Positions 1 to 9,504 of a DNA stretch of 64,000 nt are shown in pieces. The translations under genes and the position numbers were made by a program. Numbering within the stretch: position 1 is the stretch's first letter; each line of letters starts with the position of its first letter. The stretch is from Candidatus Eiseniibacteriota bacterium (GTDB lineage: Bacteria; Eisenbacteria; RBG-16-71-46; CAIMUX01; VGJL01). The stretch spans positions 480,001 through 544,000 of the forward strand of contig CAWBWI010000003.1 in NCBI GenBank assembly GCA_963792585.1, written 5' to 3'. Under the pieces are notes generated by a model, which made no database searches, was not told the origin of the DNA, and saw only the letters and a list, made by a program, of their open reading frames with translations.

Positions 1-737
1 CCTCCTTGCACCCAACGTTGGATGCTTGCCGTTCCGTGCCCGGATTGAAGCGGATCGTCTACACGAGCAGCGTCACCACGATCGGCAAACCAAGGGGGAG
101 CGAACCCGGCCTCGATGCGCGCCGCCCGGCGCGTGAGAGTGATCGTTACGATCTCGCGCCGGACCCGTCTCCGTATTTCGCCCTGAAGAGGATCCTCGAG
201 GCGGCGGTCGCGCGTGCCGCGAACGAAGGTCTGCCCGCCGTGATCGCGAACCCGACCCTCGTCATCGATGGGGGAGATGCCCACATGACGACGGGGCGGC
301 TGGTCGTGCCGATCCTGCGTCGGCGCATGCCCTTCTTCGTCCCCGGTCGCGTGAACGTGATCGCCGGCCGCGACGTCGGCGAGGGACTCGTCCTTGCCGC
401 GCTCCGCGGTCGAACGGCGCAGCGCTACATCCTCGGAAACGAGGAGATGAGCTTGCGGGCCTTCATGTCCATGATCGCGCAGGAGGCGGATGTCCCGGGC
501 CCTTGGATCCCGGTTCCCTATGTGGTGGCCGAGCCGTTGTCGCTGACGACGGAACTGGTGGCGAAACTGACCCACGCGACATGGGCGGCGATGCCGACCC
601 ACGGACTGCGGATGCTCCGCTTCACGCGCAGGGTCGACGCGACCCTCGCGGTTCGCGAGTTGGGACTCGTCCTGACGCCCGTTCGCTATGCGGTGCGCCG
701 CGCCGTGGCCTGGTTTCGGGCGCAGGGGATGGTCTAG
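1..737 (+). CDS. NAD-dependent epimerase/dehydratase (extended SDR, dihydroflavonol-reductase/HpnA-like), 5'-truncated by the window edge
   Basis: RIVYTSS, YxxxK (YFALK), VIANPT and RYILG motifs; the N-terminal Rossmann motif would lie before base 1. Confidence 0.8.
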   Translation, partial: SLHPTLDACRSVPGLKRIVYTSSVTTIGKPRGSEPGLDARRPARESDRYDLAPDPSPYFALKRILEAAVARAANEGLPAVIANPTLVIDGGDAHMTTGRLVVPILRRRMPFFVPGRVNVIAGRDVGEGLVLAALRGRTAQRYILGNEEMSLRAFMSMIAQEADVPGPWIPVPYVVAEPLSLTTELVAKLTHATWAAMPTHGLRMLRFTRRVDATLAVRELGLVLTPVRYAVRRAVAWFRAQGMV

Positions 738-743
738 CGGCGT

Positions 744-1691
744 TTACACCAGATGCGGCGTTTCGCGCCGGAACCGATCCACCTCTTCGGCGCCGCGCGG
801 GATGCCCTCGCGACCGCCGAGTCTTCGGCATTTCATCGCGGCGACCGCGTTGCTGAAGTCGATCGCCTCGCGAAGCTCCATACCCCGGAGAATGGTCCAC
901 GCGAATGCGCCGTGGAAGACGTCGCCCGATCCGGTCGTGTCGACGGCCTCGACGGCATAGCCGGGGAATCCCTCGACGCGTCCGTCGATGCGGGCGATCG
1001 CCCCGCGGGGGCCTTGGGTCACGATGACGAGCGCGCCCCCCGAACGATCCTCGAGCAACTCCATCGCGCGGGGGAGATCGTCGACGCCCGTGGCGATCGA
1101 GGGGAAACGCGCGTCGGAGACCAGCAGATCGACCATCGGAAGGAACGCGTCGTGGCCGGGGCGCACTGCCTCGAGATCGGCCAGGACCGGCATGCCGGAC
1201 TCTCTCGCGATCGCGGCGGCGCGCGCGGCGGAGTGAGGGTTCTGCGCGTCGGTGTAGAAGAGCCTTCCCGAGACGACCAGCTCCGGAACGACTTCTTCGG
1301 GTTCGAGCGGGATTCCGGGTCCGCGTCCCCAGACGATCGTCCTCTCCCCCGTCTCCTCGTGGACCAGTATGAATGCCCGCTGCGTGAAGGCGTGCGGACG
1401 GACCAGGACCCCTTCGACGTCGACCCCTTCGTCCCGCAGTGCGCGGACATTGGCCCGACCGTCTTCGTCATCACCGACACCGCCCATGTAGCGCGACCGC
1501 CCGCCGAGTCGGCTTACGGTGACCATCGCGGTCGCGGTGCGGCCGCCGCCCTGTCGGGACCAGCGGGAGAAGGAGACCTTCTCTCCAGGTTCCGGGAACC
1601 GAGGGATCGTCACGATGGTGTCGGCTGCGTTTCCGCCCAGGCCGACCACATCGAAGGGACGATGCGCGGGAAGGGCTGGAGGAAAGCGCAT
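744..1691 (-). CDS. PfkB-family carbohydrate kinase
   Basis: GGGRTATA, VGDDEDG and the PfkB signature VDTTGSGDVFHG...NAVAA; start re-called at ATG 1691 (MRFPP...). Confidence 0.9.
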   Translation of the reverse strand: MRFPPALPAHRPFDVVGLGGNAADTIVTIPRFPEPGEKVSFSRWSRQGGGRTATAMVTVSRLGGRSRYMGGVGDDEDGRANVRALRDEGVDVEGVLVRPHAFTQRAFILVHEETGERTIVWGRGPGIPLEPEEVVPELVVSGRLFYTDAQNPHSAARAAAIARESGMPVLADLEAVRPGHDAFLPMVDLLVSDARFPSIATGVDDLPRAMELLEDRSGGALVIVTQGPRGAIARIDGRVEGFPGYAVEAVDTTGSGDVFHGAFAWTILRGMELREAIDFSNAVAAMKCRRLGGREGIPRGAEEVDRFRRETPHLV

Positions 1692-1696
1692 CCGTC

Positions 1697-3127
1697 TCAG
1701 TCGTCCCAACGGGCGATGTCGAACGAGTCGTGACCTCCCGCCTGCAGGAAACGGCCGCCGACGAAGAGGCTTCCCTGCGCCGGAACCAACGCGAAGACGG
1801 TCGGGGACGCGCCGGTCAGGCCGGATCCCATCGCAGACCAGGATGCTCCATCCCACCGTGCGATCCGTTCCACGGCGGCGCCTCCGGCCAGGGTGAAGTC
1901 GCCTCCGGCGATGAGGCGGTTCCCGTAGATCGTCAACGCGCGAACGCCGAAGCCGTTCATTCCCGAGCCGAGCGCACGCCATGAGGTCCCGTTCCAAGCC
2001 GCGACGTTCGACACCGAAACGCCGCCCGCGAGATTGAAGGTCCCGCTTGCGATCAACGAGTTGTCGAAGACGGCCAGGGCGGCGATGGTGCCGCCGATTC
2101 CGGTTCCGACGTTGCTCCAGGTCGATCCGTCCCAACGGGCGACACGGTTGACCTCAACATCCCCTGCGAAGCGGAAGACGCCGCCGGCGTAGAGCGAGCC
2201 TTCGTATATGGCCAGGGCGAGAACGGCTCCGTCGAGTCCATCGCCGAGGGCCCGCCATGTCGCTCCGTCCCAGCGGGCGACATAGAATACCTCTTCGCTC
2301 CCGGCCTGCGAGAAGATCCCGCCGGCGATCAGGTCTCCTTCGAAGGTGGTGAGGGCATAGACATCGTCGTTGAGTCCGGTCCCGATCGGTAGCCAGATCG
2401 TTCCGTCCCAACGGGCGACGTGTCCCATCGACACGGAGCCGGACGCGGTGAAAAGGCCCCCCGCGACGAGGTCGTCTTCGAAAACGGTGAGACAGGAGAC
2501 ATCATCGTCGAAGCCTTCGCCGAGCGCACTCCATGTCGTCCCGTTCCAGGAGGCGACATGCTCCGCGGGCGTGCCCCCCGCGTAGAGGAACTTGCCGCCC
2601 GCAACGAGAGCGCCGTTGAACTCGACCAGCGCGTTGACGGGCGCCTCCGTCCCTGCCCCCTGTGGGGGCAGACCGAAGCGGTCCGACCAACGGACATCGG
2701 GGAGGTCCTCGGGCGTTCGGCAACTCGCGAGATTCGAGAGAGCGGACCAGTTGTTCGCCTCGTCGGCGGTTCTCTGCGCAAAGTACCAGGTCGTATCGGC
2801 AAGCACCCCGGTCAGGCGCAGACTCTGCTGCGTACCGGCGGCTCCAGGCGCAGGGGGCGCGGCAACGAGCTGAGCCGTTGTCCGGTTCTGCTCGGTGATC
2901 GGGAACAAGGCATAGCGAATCTCATAGCGGTTCGCCGTGCCCGTGGCGCCGTCGTCGCCCGGCGCCGTCCACGCGAGGCGGACTGTCGTCGGGGAGACAG
3001 GCGTCGCGACGAGTGTGGTGACCGCCGCGGGCGGCGCGACATCCGCCGGCGCCGACGGCTTGTCGCCCTTGCCGCAGCCGGCAATGAGCATGGTCACGGA
3101 TGCCAGGACGGCACAACGCTTCATCAT
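1697..3127 (-). CDS. Lipoprotein with an FN3-like domain and a 7-repeat beta-propeller
   Basis: MMKR...LIAG-C lipobox with GAGGAG RBS; WTAPGDD...YEIRY FN3-like domain; seven V.AL..F...L.AGG.F..AG.....VA.WDG..W repeats. Confidence 0.8.
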   Translation of the reverse strand: MMKRCAVLASVTMLIAGCGKGDKPSAPADVAPPAAVTTLVATPVSPTTVRLAWTAPGDDGATGTANRYEIRYALFPITEQNRTTAQLVAAPPAPGAAGTQQSLRLTGVLADTTWYFAQRTADEANNWSALSNLASCRTPEDLPDVRWSDRFGLPPQGAGTEAPVNALVEFNGALVAGGKFLYAGGTPAEHVASWNGTTWSALGEGFDDDVSCLTVFEDDLVAGGLFTASGSVSMGHVARWDGTIWLPIGTGLNDDVYALTTFEGDLIAGGIFSQAGSEEVFYVARWDGATWRALGDGLDGAVLALAIYEGSLYAGGVFRFAGDVEVNRVARWDGSTWSNVGTGIGGTIAALAVFDNSLIASGTFNLAGGVSVSNVAAWNGTSWRALGSGMNGFGVRALTIYGNRLIAGGDFTLAGGAAVERIARWDGASWSAMGSGLTGASPTVFALVPAQGSLFVGGRFLQAGGHDSFDIARWDD

Positions 3128-3331
3128 GGGTCGCTCCTCCTCAGGTCGTTGCGCGTGAGTTTCGCATCGGTGGAGAGCGGGCCGGATGCGTCGGCACGGA
3201 GATCGGTGATGAGCCCGATCGGGGCGCAGCAAAGAAGGAGGGCGGCAAATGTGCGCCGTGCGACAGTCGGGGGTTCGGCTCGGGTCATCGAGGGGGGATG
3301 GTACCACAGACGGCCCGAGCCGGCCTTCCCC

Positions 3332-3793
3332 CTAGGAACTCAGGTCGACTCCTTCGAGCCGCTTCACGACGGCGGTCAAGATCCCGATCGGCAAGGATAC
3401 GTAGACCTTCTCCTCGATCGAGGTGATGTCCACCACCAGCTTTCGGTCGTGCTTCCGGATATCGACCGTCTCATGCGGGGAATCGACGCGGACGAGCAGG
3501 AAGTCGGGAGAATCCGCGAGGGCTTTCGCCACCGCGTGAATTGCGGGGGTCCAGCTCGCCGCTTCCCGGGCCGCGTTGCGCAGCGGCGCGTCGGGCACGG
3601 CCCGGAGGGCGATCGGGACGAGGATGGCCGGGATCCGGATCGCGAGATCCGTCCCGTGCGGGCCCGCCTCCTGGACCCGGACGACGAGCATGCCGGCGCG
3701 GTATGCATTGACCCCGAATGTGGTGACGGCGACCGTGAAGAGGATCACCAAGCATCCCAGGACGATCCATAAAGGTCGCGTGCGCGGGTTCAT
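3332..3793 (-). CDS. Hypothetical membrane-anchored protein
   Basis: AAGGAGGA RBS, N-terminal TM segment, similar to the neighbouring ORF. Confidence 0.75.
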   Translation of the reverse strand: MNPRTRPLWIVLGCLVILFTVAVTTFGVNAYRAGMLVVRVQEAGPHGTDLAIRIPAILVPIALRAVPDAPLRNAAREAASWTPAIHAVAKALADSPDFLLVRVDSPHETVDIRKHDRKLVVDITSIEEKVYVSLPIGILTAVVKRLEGVDLSS

Positions 3794-3810
3794 TCAATCC
3801 TCTCCTTCAA

Positions 3811-4380
3811 TCAGTCGGCGGTCGCTTTGCCATCCACCCAGATCCGAACCGTCTCGTCTTCTTCGTGGACGGTGACCAACTCGGCCTCGTCCGACCCTAG
3901 GACGGCGACCGCCGCCGAAACGTTCAACTGCCCCGGAGGGCCCGACAGAAGAGCCTCCAGAATATCCATCCGGACCTTGACGTCGACCGTCTCCGGCTCG
4001 GGGCCGGTATTGCGGACCTTGATGAGGAGCAGGCCCTTCTCCTTGTTGATCCGGACCTTCTCGTCGGGGCTGTCGACGGTCACGTATTCGCCGTCCGGGG
4101 CGTCCTTGAGGGCCGCCAACATCCCCCGGAAGTCCATATCTCCATGTGTGTCAAGGCTATCCAGGTGTAGATAGCCGCCGTGGAACCGGCCGTCCTTGAT
4201 CATGGGGAGGACTTCCGCAACCAGGCGGATGGGGAGGTTGATACGGACCGTCTCGGCCTCGGGCCCCTTCTGATCGACCTTCACATGGAGCCAGTGGGTG
4301 TCGGCATTGGGCGTGCCCGCGGTGGCGAGCGTCGTGAAGCCGGCCAGGGCGATCAGAGCGGGAAGAAATCTGCGCATCAT
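3811..4380 (-). CDS. Hypothetical secreted protein with an internal repeat
   Basis: MMRRFLPALIALAG signal peptide with GGAGG RBS; start re-called inside the 592-aa ORF. Confidence 0.75.
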   Translation of the reverse strand: MMRRFLPALIALAGFTTLATAGTPNADTHWLHVKVDQKGPEAETVRINLPIRLVAEVLPMIKDGRFHGGYLHLDSLDTHGDMDFRGMLAALKDAPDGEYVTVDSPDEKVRINKEKGLLLIKVRNTGPEPETVDVKVRMDILEALLSGPPGQLNVSAAVAVLGSDEAELVTVHEEDETVRIWVDGKATAD

Positions 4381-4515
4381 GGCGTCACCTCCGGGGTTGC
4401 CCGTCTCGGGGACGGGGCTGCGGGTCAAATGCGATGGATGCCATACGCGCGGAGGGGGAGGGGGGTTGCATTCCGGGTGGGACGAAGGTCCCCCGATCGG
4501 GGTAGGCTCGATGTC

Positions 4516-5640
4516 ATGGCTTCCGACCGCCCCCGTCGCCATGGACTCTGGAAAGCGCTGCTCATCTGCGGGCTGTGGGCGGCGTTCGCCGCCTTCTATT
4601 CCGCGCAGTCCTACTATTTCCGGATCGCCGTCGGACGCCCAGAGTCCCTCGGACACCTGCTGCCGAGGGAGCTTTTCTATGTGGCGTTGTGGGGCCTGGC
4701 CACCCCCTGGATCCTGAGCATCGCGCGACGCCTGCCGGTGGACCGACGCAACTGGCACGTGCGGATTCCGGCACACGTGGGGCTCGCGTTCGTCTTCGCG
4801 ATCGCGCAACGGATCATCTATGACGCGACCCGCATGGGGCTCCGCGCGCGGGGCGAAGGCGTCTTCGACGGGAGCGCCTTTGGTCAGTCGGTGATCGGTT
4901 CCTTCGACTACGGGATGTTCCTCTACTTCATCGTGCTCCTGATCGGCTTGGCGCTGGGCTACTACGAGCGATTCCAGAGGGAGCAGGAGGGGACTTCGCG
5001 GCTGCGTGCCGATCTGGCCGCCGCCCGCCTGTCCACGCTCCAGATGCAGCTCCAACCGCACTTCCTCTTCAACACGTTGAATGCGATCGCGGTCCTGATT
5101 CGAACCGACCCCGATGCTGCGGGGAAGATGGTGGGCCGTTTGGGGGACTTTCTCAGGGCGACCTTGGAGAACCGCGACGTGCGGCTCATCCCTCTGCGTC
5201 GCGAGCTGGAGTTGCTGGACACCTACCTCGAAATCGAGGGTGTTCGCTTCGGCGACCGGCTGCGGATCGAGAGGGAGGTCGACCCGCGGGTGCTCGACGC
5301 GACGGTGCCCTTCTTGATCCTCCAGCCCCTCGTCGAGAACGCGATCCGCCATGGAATCGGCGAGAATCCCGGTCCCGGCATGATCGGGATCGGGGCGCGC
5401 CCGGATGGCGGGTTCCTCGTTCTCGAGGTGCGGGACAATGGGGACGCGGCGCCGATGCGCCGGGGGTCGGAAGCAGGTCACGGACTTGGGCTCGCGAACA
5501 CCCGGGCGCGGTTGCGGGAGCTCTACGGTGATCGACAGGACGCGCAGCTCACGACCGATCCGGGAGGCGGCACCGTCGCGACCCTGCATCTTCCCCTCCA
5601 GTCTCTGTCCGCGCCGCCGCCGGCCGGGGAGCCGAGATGA
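4516..5640 (+). CDS. LytS/YehU-family sensor histidine kinase
   Basis: Several TM helices, QLQPHFLFNTLN H-box, LQPLVENAIRHG, DNG, GLGLAN. Confidence 0.93.
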   Translation: MASDRPRRHGLWKALLICGLWAAFAAFYSAQSYYFRIAVGRPESLGHLLPRELFYVALWGLATPWILSIARRLPVDRRNWHVRIPAHVGLAFVFAIAQRIIYDATRMGLRARGEGVFDGSAFGQSVIGSFDYGMFLYFIVLLIGLALGYYERFQREQEGTSRLRADLAAARLSTLQMQLQPHFLFNTLNAIAVLIRTDPDAAGKMVGRLGDFLRATLENRDVRLIPLRRELELLDTYLEIEGVRFGDRLRIEREVDPRVLDATVPFLILQPLVENAIRHGIGENPGPGMIGIGARPDGGFLVLEVRDNGDAAPMRRGSEAGHGLGLANTRARLRELYGDRQDAQLTTDPGGGTVATLHLPLQSLSAPPPAGEPR

Positions 5641-6404
5641 AGATCCGCGCCCTGATCGTCGATGACGAGCCGCTCGCGCGTCGCGGCGTCCGGGACCTGC
5701 TCGCCATGGAAGAAGATGTCGAGGTGGTGGGCGAATCGGCCGACGGGCTGCGCGCGATCGAGGATCTTCAGGCCCTCGCGCCCGACCTCGTCTTCCTGGA
5801 CGTGCAGATGCCCGGCCTCGATGGATTCGAGGTCCTGGAGTCGATCGACCCGGAGCGGATGCCTGCGGTCGTATTCACGACCGCGCACGACGCCCATGCC
5901 CTACGCGCGTTCGACGCCCACGCAGTCGACTACCTGCTCAAGCCCCTCGATCCGGAGCGCTTCCGCGCGGCGCTGGCGCGTGCGCGCGAGGTCCTCCTGG
6001 GCCGGACGAGTGGGGCGGTGCACGGCCGCCTCCGCGCGCTCCTCGCCGCGACGAAGAGCGTGCGGCCGCTCGAGCGTCTCCTGGTCCGGTCGGCAGGTGG
6101 GCTCACGGTCGTACCCCTGGAGGAGATCGACTGGATCGAGGCGGACGGCGACTACGCGCGCCTTCACACCCGCGGCCGGCAGGAACTGCTCCGCGAGACG
6201 CTGCAATCGCTCGAGACCCGCCTCGACCCGTCCGCTTGGGCGCGCATCCACCGGTCGTACCTCGTGAGGATCGATCGCGTGAGACAGGTGAGGACGCTCG
6301 AGAACGGGGACGGCGCCGCGATCCTGGATGGAGGCATTCAACTCCCGGTCAGCCGCACCCACCGCGAGGCGCTTCTGCGCGCCCTCCGGGGAACCGAGGC
6401 CTGA
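5637..6404 (+). CDS. LytTR-family response regulator
   Basis: VDDEPLAR, FLDVQMP, DYLLKP receiver; RIHRSYLV...LPVSR LytTR domain; ATGA overlap with the kinase. Confidence 0.95.
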   Translation: MKIRALIVDDEPLARRGVRDLLAMEEDVEVVGESADGLRAIEDLQALAPDLVFLDVQMPGLDGFEVLESIDPERMPAVVFTTAHDAHALRAFDAHAVDYLLKPLDPERFRAALARAREVLLGRTSGAVHGRLRALLAATKSVRPLERLLVRSAGGLTVVPLEEIDWIEADGDYARLHTRGRQELLRETLQSLETRLDPSAWARIHRSYLVRIDRVRQVRTLENGDGAAILDGGIQLPVSRTHREALLRALRGTEA

Positions 6405-6419
6405 AGCCGACCCCCGCGG

Positions 6420-6445
6420 GGGGGAGCTCCTTTCTGGGCTCCCCC
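6420..6445 (+). terminator. GC-rich hairpin after the LytTR gene
   Basis: gggggagctc-ctttct-gggctccccc inverted repeat; weak U-tract. Confidence 0.4.
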
Positions 6446-6617
6446 GTTCCGCCGCACCGTTCCCTCGGTCCGGCGCGCCCCTGCAACCGCCTGCCGCTTC
6501 TCCATGGCGCTCCCCCTAAACCTAACAGAACATTGTAGTTACGATACGGTCCTGCCGGGGACCAACCAACCGAACGGGTCGCTGTCCGGATGTCCGGGCG
6601 CCGACCAGGGGGTCAAG

Positions 6618-8465
6618 ATGATGAAGAGAGATCGTCGTGCGGCAGCGATACGGGCGGTCCGTCGCGCCCGGGTGTGCCTGTTCGTGGTTCTCGCGCTTCC
6701 CGCCGTCGCGCGGGCTCAGTCATTCACCCGAATCACAGATGGAATCCTCGTGAACGACGGGGGTGCCTCGCGGAGCGTCAACTGGGTCGATGCCGATCGC
6801 AACGGCACGCTCGACCTCTTCGTCAGCAACGGTCCGGCCTCGGGAGAGAGGGCATTCTTCTATCTGAACGACGGGCCCCCCTCCTACACATTCACGAAGG
6901 TCACCAACGATCCGATCGTGAGCGACGTGGCGAAGTCGGACGGGTGCAGCTGGGGAGACGCCGACAACGACGGGGATCCCGACGCATTCGTCGTCACCTG
7001 GTACGGCGACGTCGACATGTTCTACCTCGGCAACGGGGACGGCACCTTCTCCAAGGTCACGACCGGCGAGCCGGTGACGACGGGGGCGTACTCGGAATCC
7101 TGCACGTGGGGGGACTATGACAACGACGGCAACCTGGATCTGTACGTGACGAACAGCGGAGATCAGACGGCCGAGGCGAACTTCCTCTACCGCGGCCAGG
7201 GTGGCGGGACGTTCACGAGGATCCTGACCGGGTTTCCCGTCACCGACGTCACCCGCTCGCGCGGCGCGACCTGGATCGACTTCGACGGGGATGGGGACAG
7301 CGATCTCTTCGTTGCGAACGAATCGAACCAGCCGAACAACCTGTATCGGAACCTGTTGAGACAGACGGAAACGGCCGATTTTGCCCGGGTGAGTTCGGGG
7401 CCGATCGCGAACGACGCGCAGAGTTCCTTCAGCGGGAGCTGGGGTGATTACGACAACGACGGTGATCCGGATCTCTTCGTCGCGAACACGTCGAACCAGA
7501 ACAACGCCCTCTATCGGCACGAGGTCGGCGACGGGTTCACGAAGATCACGACGGGACCGCAGGTCAACGACGGCGGCTACTCCGTCTGCGGCGCCTGGGG
7601 GGATTTCGAGAACGACGGCGATCTGGACCTGTTCGTCACGAACGCGTTCGGAGGCGGGAGGAAGGTGAACTTCCTCTACCGCAACCTGCTCATCGAGAGC
7701 GGGACGGCCGACTTCGAGAAGATCACCACGGGAACGATCGTCACCGAGCTGGGTTGGTCATACGGGTGCGCCTGGGGCGACTACGACGCCGACGGCGACC
7801 TGGACCTCTTCATCGCGAAGACCTGGAACAACACGGAGAACAACGCCCTCTTTCGGAATGACAATGCCAACGGAAATCACTGGTTGGAATTCCGATGCGA
7901 GGGAGGGCTCTCGAACCGGAGCGGGATCGGGGCGGAGGTCAGCGTGAGCGCGACGATCGGAGGCAACCGGATCAGGCAGATGCGGACGATCGAAGGACAA
8001 TCCGGATACTGCGGGCAGAATCTGGTCGCGCACTTCGGTCTCGGAGACGCGGTGGTCGCGGATACCGTGAAGGTGCAGTGGCCTTCGGGGACGGTCGATA
8101 TCCTCACCGCGGTCGCGGTCGATCAGCCGTGGATTCTCCGCGAAGGCGGAGGGGTGGCGGACGTAGGCGGGAGTTTGGTCACGCCGGCGGCCCGCAATCG
8201 AACCTGGTGCGCGCCGAATCCGTTCCAGGAGTCGACGTCGATCGGGTTCGAGCTGCCGATCGCGGGGGAGGCCGACCTTCGCGTCTACACCCCGGGCGGG
8301 CGTCTGATCCGGACGCTCTCGAGCGGTTGGACGCAGGCGGGACGTCATGATGCCGTCTGGGACGGCAACGACGCTTCGGGACGACCGGTGGCGCCCGGAG
8401 CCTATCTCTACAAGATCGTCCGGAAAGGTGCGACCATCGGCGGCAGGGTCGTGGTCGTCCGATAA
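6618..8465 (+). CDS. FG-GAP repeat / ASPIC-UnbV (CRTAC1-like) secreted protein with a C-terminal FlgD/T9SS-type domain
   Basis: Repeated WGDYDNDGDxDLFV, GNHWL...SNRSGIGA...HFGLG ASPIC motif, terminal APNPF...WDG.D..G.PVAPGAY. Confidence 0.9.
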   Translation: MMKRDRRAAAIRAVRRARVCLFVVLALPAVARAQSFTRITDGILVNDGGASRSVNWVDADRNGTLDLFVSNGPASGERAFFYLNDGPPSYTFTKVTNDPIVSDVAKSDGCSWGDADNDGDPDAFVVTWYGDVDMFYLGNGDGTFSKVTTGEPVTTGAYSESCTWGDYDNDGNLDLYVTNSGDQTAEANFLYRGQGGGTFTRILTGFPVTDVTRSRGATWIDFDGDGDSDLFVANESNQPNNLYRNLLRQTETADFARVSSGPIANDAQSSFSGSWGDYDNDGDPDLFVANTSNQNNALYRHEVGDGFTKITTGPQVNDGGYSVCGAWGDFENDGDLDLFVTNAFGGGRKVNFLYRNLLIESGTADFEKITTGTIVTELGWSYGCAWGDYDADGDLDLFIAKTWNNTENNALFRNDNANGNHWLEFRCEGGLSNRSGIGAEVSVSATIGGNRIRQMRTIEGQSGYCGQNLVAHFGLGDAVVADTVKVQWPSGTVDILTAVAVDQPWILREGGGVADVGGSLVTPAARNRTWCAPNPFQESTSIGFELPIAGEADLRVYTPGGRLIRTLSSGWTQAGRHDAVWDGNDASGRPVAPGAYLYKIVRKGATIGGRVVVVR

Positions 8466-8623
8466 GGCCATTTGTCCTCCCACTTTGGCTTGAGGGGTGG
8501 GGTGACGGGGGTTGATCCTCAGTCATCCCACTGGCTCGAGCCGAGGAGAAGGAGGGCGGGACGGGTCACTCGCCCGTCCCGGCTCCGGCCGGGCCGCTGC
8601 TCCGGCCGGGCCCCGGCCCCGCC

Positions 8624-9352
8624 TCAGCTGGCTTGAACCTCCGGCACGTCCTTTTTCCGCATTCGCAGGTTCAGCATCTCCACGAAGAACGCGAAGGCCA
8701 TCGCAAAGTAGATGTACCCCTTGGAGATGTGCTGACCAAAACCATCGGCGACAAGGGTCACGCCGATCAGCAGGAGGAACGAGAGGGCGAGGATCTTGAT
8801 CGTCGGGTGACGGTCGACGAAACGACTGATTCCGCCCGAGGCGAGCATCATGACAGCGACCGCGATCACGATCGCCGTGACCATCACGGGAACCCGATTG
8901 GTCATCCCGACCGCTGTGATCACCGAGTCGATCGAGAAGACGATATCGAGCACCGCGATCTGGGCGATGACGCCCGCGAAGGAGTTCGCCCCGCGTCGTC
9001 GCGGAAGGTGATCGGGCGGCCCTTCGATCTTCTCGTGGATCTCGTGGACACTCTTCGCGAGCAGGAAGAGCCCCCCGATCACCAGGATCAGATCGCGCCC
9101 GGAGAACGCGTGCCCGATCAAGGTGAAGAAGGGATGGGTAAGTCGCATGATCCAGGTGATCGACAGGAGCAGCGCGATACGGGTGATCATCGCGAGGGCG
9201 AGACCGATCACCCGCGCGCGACCCTGGTTGTGTTGCGGCAGCCTCCCGGTCAGGATCGAGATGAAAATGATATTGTCGATCCCGAGCACGATCTCCATCG
9301 CCGTGAGGGTCAGGAGCGCAAGCCAAAGCTGGACGTCGGTCATCCAGTGCAT
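8624..9352 (-). CDS. TerC-family membrane protein
   Basis: MEIVLGIDN, DIVFSIDSVITAVG, KGYIYFAMAF motifs; GGAGG RBS before ATG 9352. Confidence 0.93.
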   Translation of the reverse strand: MHWMTDVQLWLALLTLTAMEIVLGIDNIIFISILTGRLPQHNQGRARVIGLALAMITRIALLLSITWIMRLTHPFFTLIGHAFSGRDLILVIGGLFLLAKSVHEIHEKIEGPPDHLPRRRGANSFAGVIAQIAVLDIVFSIDSVITAVGMTNRVPVMVTAIVIAVAVMMLASGGISRFVDRHPTIKILALSFLLLIGVTLVADGFGQHISKGYIYFAMAFAFFVEMLNLRMRKKDVPEVQAS

Positions 9353-9436
9353 ACGAGCGAACCTCCTCGGGCCCCAGGGGTGAGGATGGGACCATCGCCC
9401 CTGAGATTGCACTTCGGGGAGGGTCGTTTCCAAGTG

Positions 9437-9470
9437 AGAAAGCGGCCAACCCTCTGAAGGGGTTGGCCGC
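9437..9470 (-). terminator. Intrinsic terminator after the TWGRIK-tail gene
   Basis: Minus strand gcggccaaccc...gggttggccgc stem followed by tttctc. Confidence 0.7.
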
Positions 9471-9504
9471 CTCTACCGACCGGCGCGTGGCCGATCATCC
9501 GAAC

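Noticed and set aside
6440..6505. LytTR binding repeats (ccgttcc x2)
   Set aside because: 13-bp spacing does not fit the usual two-helical-turn LytTR arrangement
9353..9436. yybP-ykoY (Mn2+) or fluoride riboswitch upstream of TerC
   Set aside because: A hairpin (cagggg...cccctg) exists, but I could not find the conserved aptamer motifs; an Rfam search would settle it
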